This document shows, piece after piece, positions 54,442 to 64,000 of a stretch of 64,000 nt of DNA. The notes under the pieces were generated by a model that did no database searches, had not been told where the DNA came from, and saw nothing but the letters and a program-made list of their open reading frames with translations. The stretch is from Eledone cirrhosa (lineage: Eukaryota): the NCBI GenBank assembly GCA_964016885.1, contig OZ024742.1, forward strand, positions 126,976,001 through 127,040,000, given 5' to 3'. Within the stretch, counting starts at the first letter, position 1. Each line of letters opens with the position of its first letter. The position numbers and the translations under genes were made by a program.

Positions 54442-56719
54442 GCCAGCCTCTATCACTCGTTTTGCTAGTCAGCTCACGCGCGTACAGTCCTACTCTCACA
54501 CACAGAGGACAATACACTAACATTACCCCGCCAACCACAGTCATAGTCTGACTCGCATCACTATCTTCATACTTCCAAAAGACTGCTTCGCGTCCTATAG
54601 GAAAGAAGGAGCTCTTCTCAAAATTCAACGAATTTGAGAGGTTTACATGGCGTGACATCATATGTTCACAAGCTCTTTGTTTGCTCTCTGAGACCCTGGA
54701 CCGATATACAGGATGAAACCTGTAGGTCCTGTCCACATATATGCAATGACATTTCGTTCCTGTCGGTCTTTCAAAGAGTAGAGACGTCCGTCTGCTGTTT
54801 CTGGCATATCAAGTGACTACGTAGAAGAGTTCCCTTTGGCTGGCTGTATTAGCTATGGATCTTTATAGGATTTTCCTGGTATGACAACATAGAATAGCGG
54901 AATGAACGAGCAGAGAAGGAACAAAGAAATCTCAATGATTGGCTCTTGAACTCGTTTATTTGTGTGTAGTTTTAAATGGATCATGGCCACACCCGAATGA
55001 CTCATTCATTATACAGAAAAACCTCTATACTTGGGTGTATACGTATGAGTAGCTGTACTCACACATATGCCCACAGTGTGACCGAATGCTTAAGATGTTC
55101 GATTTGTAATCAGGATTTCCCACGTTCGATCCAATTGTGTAGTATCTTTGGCAAGTTTCATTTACTATAGCCTCGATTTAATCCAAGTGAAATTGGGTTG
55201 ATAGAAGCCGTGTAAAAGATCGTCGTTTGAATTGTAATTCGAAAGTCCAAACTTCTCACAAACTTCGTCATGTTGATTCTGCCTGAAGATTACGTTAAGG
55301 GTACTTGAGTCTGAGGAACGCTCAACCACTTATCATCATCATTGTTTGACTGCAGTAGCAGACAGCCACAATCCTCCTGATTCGTTGTAGCTTTCATAAT
55401 CCATGGTTGGGAGATTAACCCTGGCCTTCGGTAAAGTTTAAATCCCAAGGCAGGATGTGATCTCAGAACGCAATGAACCAGAGCTTTTACCGCAAAGCAT
55501 TTCACCCGGCGTTCTAAAATGTCTGCCAATCCACCACCGTGGACTAGTACTTTATTTTATCGATCACGAAAGGATGAAAGGCAAAATTGACTTCGGTGGG
55601 ATTTCCACTCATAGTTTAAAGAGACAGAATAATAACCAGAAGATCAGCGAACCTAGCGACTCTGTTAATTTGCTAATATCAGTCATCTATACGTTAATTA
55701 ATCAGCAGTAATCGTCGTGGAAGCCGATAGAGATCTATTCACTTATTCCACAAATCATGCGTGTATGTTCGAGTATCTGAACGCATCCATATCATGCGCC
55801 GTACTGCTATTGTAATTCAAAGGGTCAACTTTGTCACAAACTGTGTTTGTGGAATGCTCAGTCATTTACAAGTTCATTTCAGGAGCAGCCCATTCAGTTG
55901 ATCGAATCAACTGGAACATTCATCGTCACAACCAATAGAGGCCCAATACACTTTTGTGACTATATGGTTAAAAAGTCCGCTTTGTATCTACACAAATTCA
56001 ATCCCACTGTGCGACACTTTAAACAAACGTCTTCTACTGTAGACTCAGAATGACTAAAGCTTTGTGAGTGAAAGTTCGTGGACGGGATCTGTGAGGAATA
56101 GTAGTGGGGACAGTACCTGTAGTGGTAGACTTAATTGATCATCCAAGTTACTACCACTTGGCTCTTGGGTGTCTTTTTCTTCCTCTACCATTCACACAAG
56201 CCTTAAAAGGGCTCATAAGTGCTTACTCTCATTAATAAATAAAAACTATATAATATTCACTTTCTTTTTGTTTTAAGTTCAAATCTTGCCGAAGTTGGGT
56301 TTACTTCTTATTTTTTCGAAGATCTTTGCATAAACAATTTTTACGCAATAAACAAGTATTATACTGATTTGTTTCTTCTGATTCTATCATACTCTGTGAT
56401 CCTACAATTTATTTGAGGAAAATGGGCTCCTGAATTTAGGACTCTAACGGAATATAAATAGTCTCACATGTACACTCTACTTCAGCTTGTCAACCAAACA
56501 TATAGACTACTGCCCGGGATGTAGGGTGGTTGCTGCAGTGAGTGTCACTGGCTATTCTGGGCAGCTATTTTGTATGCAATGCGCAGCTGAAGCATACTGT
56601 TTGGGATAGGGTGTGCAGTCTATCGCCTAGTCCTCACTTTCCCTTCTTTCATTGCTTAATTTCTCTCATTTTTGCCAATTTTTCTCTAGTTTTCCTTTCA
56701 CTATTTATTTTTGTTTAAG

Positions 56720-56930
56720 AGCAGTGAATTGGCAGTATCGGTAGAGTGTCAGACAATATGCTTTGCGACTTTACATTCTGAGTTAAGTTCAACCGAAGTT
56801 AGCCTTGCGTTTCATCCTTTCGGGGTCAATAAAATAAAGTACCAGTAACGCATTGGGGTTAATTTAATCGACTCACCCCCACCCCACCCCCCAAATTGTT
56901 GGGCTTGTACTAAAAACAGAAACCAATATT
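56720..56930 (+). mobile_element. SINE family A
   Basis: A-box TGGCAGTATCGG, core and tail. Confidence 0.8.
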
Positions 56931-57293
56931 TATTTTTGTGGTAAAAATTATGAAACATGAAAATATAAGAATCCTAAATAACTAATAACATTCGAATGCT
57001 ATTCTCGTCTGCTGAAATGTAGACGCAACAGCTCTGTAGAAAATGGAAAATATATATACTGCATATTAAACATCAAAACAGTCGCACAATGAGATCGACA
57101 ACCGAACCATATCATAGCAAAATGTACTTCCTAACCACACAGCAACGCCTGTAACCATATGTGGATATATATTTCTACACACTCATATCTATACCAAACA
57201 TACACGCACATATCAAAAACTCAACATATGCACTCACACACACACATACACATATATATATATATATATATATATATGTGTATATATATATAT

Positions 57294-57520
<227 letters not shown>

Positions 57521-57869
57521 TATATATACATTCATCTACAGACCTAGAGACAATCATACCCAAGGCTTCAAACAACACACACATCAAACACATATTCACA
57601 GGCCTGTCAAATACGTATGCACTTAAACATGTTTATATACCCACACACATACACACTCTCATTCACAGACACACATGCACGTCAAATATACATCATTACC
57701 CACACATATACAGACAATTTATTACACATGCCTACACACATCTCTGTTCACATACGGACACGCATTCATAACTACATAACTACACACATGTACTTACACA
57801 TTTACACATGCTCACATGCAGAGATACCCAACCGCAGAGTTATATAAATACACACTCACGCAGAAACAT

Positions 57870-57953
<84 letters not shown>

Positions 57954-58490
57954 CATACACACACGCGCGCGCGCGCACACACAAGACTCCAGCACAAATA
58001 TTCACACACAAATACACATACACACTCAGGCAGTCACATGAAATGGCACACACACATACACACATATATATACACACACACACAAGCGCGCGCGCACACA
58101 CAAGACTCCAGCACAAATATTCACACACAAATACACATACACACTCAGGCAGTCACATGAAATGGCACACACACATACACACATATATACACACACACAC
58201 AAGCGCGCGCGCACACACACAAGACTCCAGCACAAATATTCACACACAAATACACATACACACTCAGGCAGTCACATGAAATGTCACACACACACACACA
58301 CACATACACACACACACACACAAACAAGCACACTCTCACATACAAATATATAAACCACCCACAAGCGATCACATGCAATTGCTCCCACACACACACAAGC
58401 ATAGATACACGCAAACACAATCACATACATTCGCACACACCCCTACACACATACGCACTCACACATATACACAAACGCAATCATATGCAG

Positions 58491-58564
<74 letters not shown>

Positions 58565-58640
58565 GCGCGCGCGCACACAAGACTGCAGCACAAATATTCA
58601 CACACAAATACACATACACACTCAGGCAGTCACATGAAAT

Positions 58641-58679
<39 letters not shown>

Positions 58680-58725
58680 ACAAGCATAGATACACGCAAA
58701 CACAATCACATGCATTCGCACACAC

Positions 58726-58781
<56 letters not shown>

Positions 58782-59256
58782 GCGCGCGCACACACAAGAC
58801 TGCAGCACAAATATTCACACACAAATACACATACACACTCAGGCAGTCACATGAAATGACACACACACACACACACACCCACACACATACACACAAGCAT
58901 AGATACACGCAAACACAATCACATGCATTCGCACACACCTACACATACACACACACACCTACACACACACAAGCGCGCGCACACACAAGACTGCAGCACA
59001 AATATTCACACACAAATACACATACACACTCAGGCAGTCACATGAAATGTCACACACACACACACACACATACACACACACACACACAAACAAGCACACT
59101 CTCACATACAAATATATAAACCACCCACAAGCGATCACATGCAATTGCTCCCACACACACACAAGCATAGATACACGCAAACACAATCACATACATTCGC
59201 ACACACCCCTACACACATACGCACTCACACATATACACAAACGCAATCATATGCAG

Positions 59257-59326
<70 letters not shown>

Positions 59327-59402
59327 GCGCGCGCGCACACAAGACTGCAGCACAAATATTCACACACAAATACACATACACACTCAGGCAGTCACATGAA
59401 AT

Positions 59403-59441
<39 letters not shown>

Positions 59442-59487
59442 ACAAGCATAGATACACGCAAACACAATCACATGCATTCGCACACAC

Positions 59488-59545
<58 letters not shown>

Positions 59546-59813
59546 GCGCGCGCACACACAAGACTGCAGCACAAATATTCACACACAAATACACATACAC
59601 ACTCAGGCAGTCACATGAAATGACACACACACACACACACACCCACACACATACACACAAGCATAGATACACGCAAACACAATCACATGCATTCGCACAC
59701 ACCTACACATACACACACACACCTACACACACACAAGCGCGCGCACACACAAGACTGCAGCACAAATATTCACACACAAATACACATACACACTCAGGCA
59801 GTCACATGAAATG

Positions 59814-59847
<34 letters not shown>

Positions 59848-59883
59848 ACAAGCATAGATACACGCAAACACAATCACATGCAT

Positions 59884-59950
<67 letters not shown>
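57870..59950. repeat. Compound CA-rich minisatellite with higher-order repeat
   Basis: Recurring ~60-bp block 'caagact(c/g)cagcacaaatattcacacacaaatacacatacacactcaggcagtcacatgaaatg' separated by (CA)n; a ~765-bp unit is repeated (58281 vs 59047). Confidence 0.92.
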
Positions 59951-59951
<1 letters not shown>

Positions 59952-60099
59952 ACTCATATATACACAGTAACACACATATGCACATCATAAAAGTACAGGT
60001 TCACCAAACTTCTCAGTCGAGTAATCTGACGACCATCTGAGATTTATATATTTCAGTGAGTAGAGAGATAGAGAGAGGGAGAAGGAGTGAGGGAGAGGG

Positions 60100-60130
<31 letters not shown>

Positions 60131-60196
60131 GAGTGAGTGAAAGAACGTTACCAATGTTAATTCATAGTTGGGTGGAGAATCTGAACAATTCTGAAA

Positions 60197-60417
60197 TATG
60201 TATGTATGTATGTATGTATGTAAGTATGTATGTATGTATGTATGTATGTATATATGTATGTATGTAAGTATGTAAGTATGTATGTATGTATGTAAGTATG
60301 TATGTATGTAAGTATGTATGTATGTATGTATGTATGTAAGTATGTATGTATGTATGTGTGTATGTAAGTATGTATGTATGTATGTAAGTATGTATGTATG
60401 TATGTATGTAAGTATGT
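60197..60417. repeat. (TATG)n with TAAG variants
   Basis: Direct. Confidence 0.97.
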
Positions 60418-60760
60418 TTTCTCTTTCTCTTAATTTCGAGTATATTTTTTTGACCGGCCACCTTCCTGGTGGCAAGGTTGTAAAAGAAAAGAAATTGTCA
60501 TCCCTTGAATCGCAAGAATGTTTTGCATATTTTGAAGGTGCCAGCTATCGCAGCCATTTGTAGACTATGAATTAGGGAGCTGCGCTTTTTGTCCGCAAAT
60601 CCAAGTTCAGTCATACTTTGGTCCAAGCGGGTTGGTATATAACCCGTAGCACCAATAATGATGGGTATGAAGCTAAAGGTGTATCTTGGATACTGGATTT
60701 GTAAGCTCATCATCAATGGTCCGTAGATGTCCTCCTTCTCCTGTATTTTTCTGACAACGT
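60418..60760 (-). pseudogene. R4/Dong-like non-LTR retrotransposon 3' end (REL endonuclease tail, stop codon, 3' UTR)
   Basis: 'KIQEKEDIYGPL..FIPIIIGATGYIP..LQMAAIAGTFKICKTFL' resembles the R4/Dong C-terminus (EK..KY..L..V.P.V.GALG..LQKAA..G...I.R..L); stop at 60498-60500. Confidence 0.78.
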
Positions 60761-60761
60761 T

Positions 60762-60797
60762 TATGTATGTATGTAAGTATGTATGTATGTATGTATG

Positions 60798-60828
<31 letters not shown>

Positions 60829-60937
60829 GTATGTATGTATGTATGTATGTAAGTATGTATGTAAGTATGTATGTATGTATGTATGTAAGTATGTATGTAT
60901 GTATGTATGTATGTAAGTATGTATGTATGTATGTAAG

Positions 60938-60968
<31 letters not shown>

Positions 60969-60981
60969 GTATGTATGTATG

Positions 60982-61012
<31 letters not shown>

Positions 61013-61101
61013 GTATGTATGTATGTATGTATGTATGTAAGTATGTATGTATGTATGTAAGTATGTATGTATGTATGTATGTAAGTATGTAAGTATGTAT
61101 G

Positions 61102-61132
<31 letters not shown>

Positions 61133-61345
61133 GTATGTATGTATGTATGTATGTATGTAAGTATGTATGTATGTATGTATGTAAGTATGTATGTATGTAT
61201 GTATGTATGTAAGTATGTATGTATGTATGTATGTATGTATGTATGTATGTATGTATGTATCTATGTATGTATGTATGTAAGTATGTATGTATGTATGTAA
61301 GTATGTATGTATGTATGTATGTATGTATGTATGTATGTATGTATG

Positions 61346-61376
<31 letters not shown>

Positions 61377-61429
61377 GTATGTATGTATGTATGTATGTAT
61401 GTAAGTATGTATGTATGTATGTAAGTATG

Positions 61430-61460
<31 letters not shown>

Positions 61461-61521
61461 GTATGTATGTATGTATGTATGTAAGTATGTATGTATGTAT
61501 GTATGTATGTAAGTATGTATG

Positions 61522-61552
<31 letters not shown>

Positions 61553-61645
61553 GTATGTATGTATGTATGTAAGTATGTAAGTATGTATGTATGTAAGTAT
61601 GTATGTAAGTATGTATGTATGTATGTATGTAAGTATGTAAGTATG

Positions 61646-61676
<31 letters not shown>

Positions 61677-61713
61677 GTATGTATGTATGTATGTAAGTAT
61701 GTAAGTATGTATG

Positions 61714-61744
<31 letters not shown>

Positions 61745-61861
61745 GTATGTATGTAAGTATGTATGTATGTATGTATGTAAGTATGTATGTATGTATGTAT
61801 GTGTGTATGTAAGTATGTATGTAAGTATGTATGTATGTAAGTATGTATGTATGTATGTATG

Positions 61862-61892
<31 letters not shown>

Positions 61893-61901
61893 GTATGTAT
61901 G

Positions 61902-61932
<31 letters not shown>

Positions 61933-61977
61933 GTATGTATGTATGTAAGTATGTATGTATGTATGTATGTATGTATG

Positions 61978-62008
<31 letters not shown>

Positions 62009-62085
62009 GTATGTATGTATGTATGTATGTATGTAAGTATGTATGTATGTAAGTATGTATGTATGTATGTATGTATGTATGTATG

Positions 62086-62116
<31 letters not shown>

Positions 62117-62125
62117 GTATGTATG

Positions 62126-62156
<31 letters not shown>

Positions 62157-62333
62157 GTATGTATGTATGTATGTATGTAAGTATGTATGTATGTAAGTAT
62201 GTATGTATGTATGTATGTATGTAAGTATGTATGTATGTATGTATGTAAGTATGTATGTATGTAAGTATGTATGTATGTATGTATGTGTGTATGTATGTAA
62301 GTATGTATGTATGTATGTAAGTATGTATGTATG

Positions 62334-62364
<31 letters not shown>

Positions 62365-62365
62365 G

Positions 62366-62396
<31 letters not shown>

Positions 62397-62681
62397 GTAT
62401 GTATGTATGTATGTATGTATGTAAGTATGTATGTATGTATGTATGTATGTATGTATGTGTGTATGTATGTAAGTATGTATGTATGTATGTATGTATGTAA
62501 GTATGTATGTATGTATGTATGTAAGTATGTATGTATGTAAGTATGTATGTATGTATGTATGTATGTAAGTATGTATGTATGTATGTATGTAAGTATGTAT
62601 GTATGTATGTATGTATGTAAGTATGTATGTATGTATGTATGTAAGTATGTATGTATGTATGTATGTATGTAAGTATGTATG

Positions 62682-62712
<31 letters not shown>

Positions 62713-62961
62713 GTATGTATGTATGTATGTAAGTATGTATGTATGTATGTATGTATGTAAGTATGTATGTATGTATGTATGTATGTAAGTATGTATGTAT
62801 GTGTGTATGTATGTAAGTATGTATGTATGTATGTATGTAAGTATGTATGTATGTGTGTATGTATGTAAGTATGTATGTATGTATGTATGTAAGTATGTAT
62901 GTATGTATGTAAGTATGTATGTATGTAAGTATGTATGTATGTATGTATGTATGTAAGTATG

Positions 62962-62992
<31 letters not shown>

Positions 62993-63074
62993 GTATGTAT
63001 GTATGTATGTATGTAAGTATGTATGTATGTATGTATGTATGTATGTATGTATGTATGTATGTATGTATGTATGT
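60762..63074. repeat. ~2.3-kb (TATG)n array with TAAG variants
   Basis: Direct. Confidence 0.98.
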
Positions 63075-63131
63075 ATATAAATATATAAATATACATACAT
63101 ACACACACACAGAGACAGCGGCTCTCACACA

Positions 63132-63247
<116 letters not shown>

Positions 63248-63335
63248 CGAGTAAAATACCCTAAGAAACAAGAAAAAATGAGTAGCTGTAATTATTCATG
63301 GCGTTCTACTATAGTTACACAGCCATATATATATG

Positions 63336-63385
63336 ACAAGCTGAATGAGTTGGGGGTCCAAACCCAACGAAACTTAAGTACCTGT
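63336..63385 (+). ncRNA. Type I hammerhead ribozyme variant (CUGAAUGA core)
   Basis: Stem I acaag/cctgt (one mismatch); CTGAATGA; perfect stem II gttggg/cccaac; GAAAC-TTAA-GTA (palindrome acttaagt). Confidence 0.68.
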
Positions 63386-63408
63386 TTATGTCACTGCTGT
63401 AATTATAC

Positions 63409-63468
<60 letters not shown>

Positions 63469-64000
63469 ATAATAATAAATTTGAAGACTAAAATCCAAAG
63501 AGGGATAAGGATAAATATATATCAAATATATAAGAACCGTAGAGCAAATATTTATATATATATATATATATATATATTGTAAGCAGGGAAAAGCGGACGT
63601 AAAATGATGATGATCATGATGATGATGATGATATAAATACAAATAAAATTATCGAGAATCGGAACTTCGGCCCACGAAATAACGAAAAACAATCTTCGAA
63701 ATGTGTGGCAAAGTGCTCAATGGTTCGGATAAACCAGAGCTATATACACTCATTGTGTTCTGAGTTCCAATCGCGCCGAAGTCAACCTTAATCGTTCCGG
63801 TTTTAAAAAAAGCTAGTAAAGTACTTTGGTTTGGTTTAATCGACTTTTTCTTCCACTCAAATTAATGGCATTGTACTAACAATGCTTATTATATTGGTTT
63901 TGTATAACATAACACATAACACTCCATGTGTTGAACAACATGCCTTCCAGTGTTTAGTTATAAACATTTTTATAAGTTTTGATTTCAAATCCCGGTGAAT

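Noticed and set aside
57960-59890. Constant blocks with variable spacers as CRISPR-like
   Set aside because: The spacers are (CA)n runs, and there are no cas genes.

Overview
Eukaryotic, AT-rich, repeat-dominated non-genic DNA. The SINE families and long (TA)n/(CA)n/(TATG)n tracts suggest an octopod cephalopod (inference). There is one 200-N gap at 45064-45263. No host protein-coding exon could be supported, and almost all listed ORFs are microsatellite translation artefacts. The real coding remnants are all from transposons: three Tx1/L1-type LINE copies, two RTE-type 3' fragments, an R4/Dong-like restriction-like-endonuclease (REL) tail inside a (TATG)n array, and a Penelope-like element (PLE) ORF fragment. 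Also present are many tRNA-derived SINEs (some with 16-18 bp target-site duplications, TSDs), a complete non-autonomous Helitron, and small Tc1/mariner and hAT-like MITEs. The most notable signal, read by eye, is nine type I hammerhead ribozyme (HHR) motifs from six unrelated sequence families, at about 32.5, 37.4, 38.0, 38.3, 39.5, 39.7, 54.0, 54.2 and 63.3 kb. They lie in small non-coding islands within or beside microsatellites, arranged as a direct-repeat-bounded monomer, a two-ribozyme cassette, or fold-back pairs. This fits PLE pLTR-derived or retrozyme-like non-autonomous elements. Coordinates of degenerate repeats are approximate, and no database search was run.
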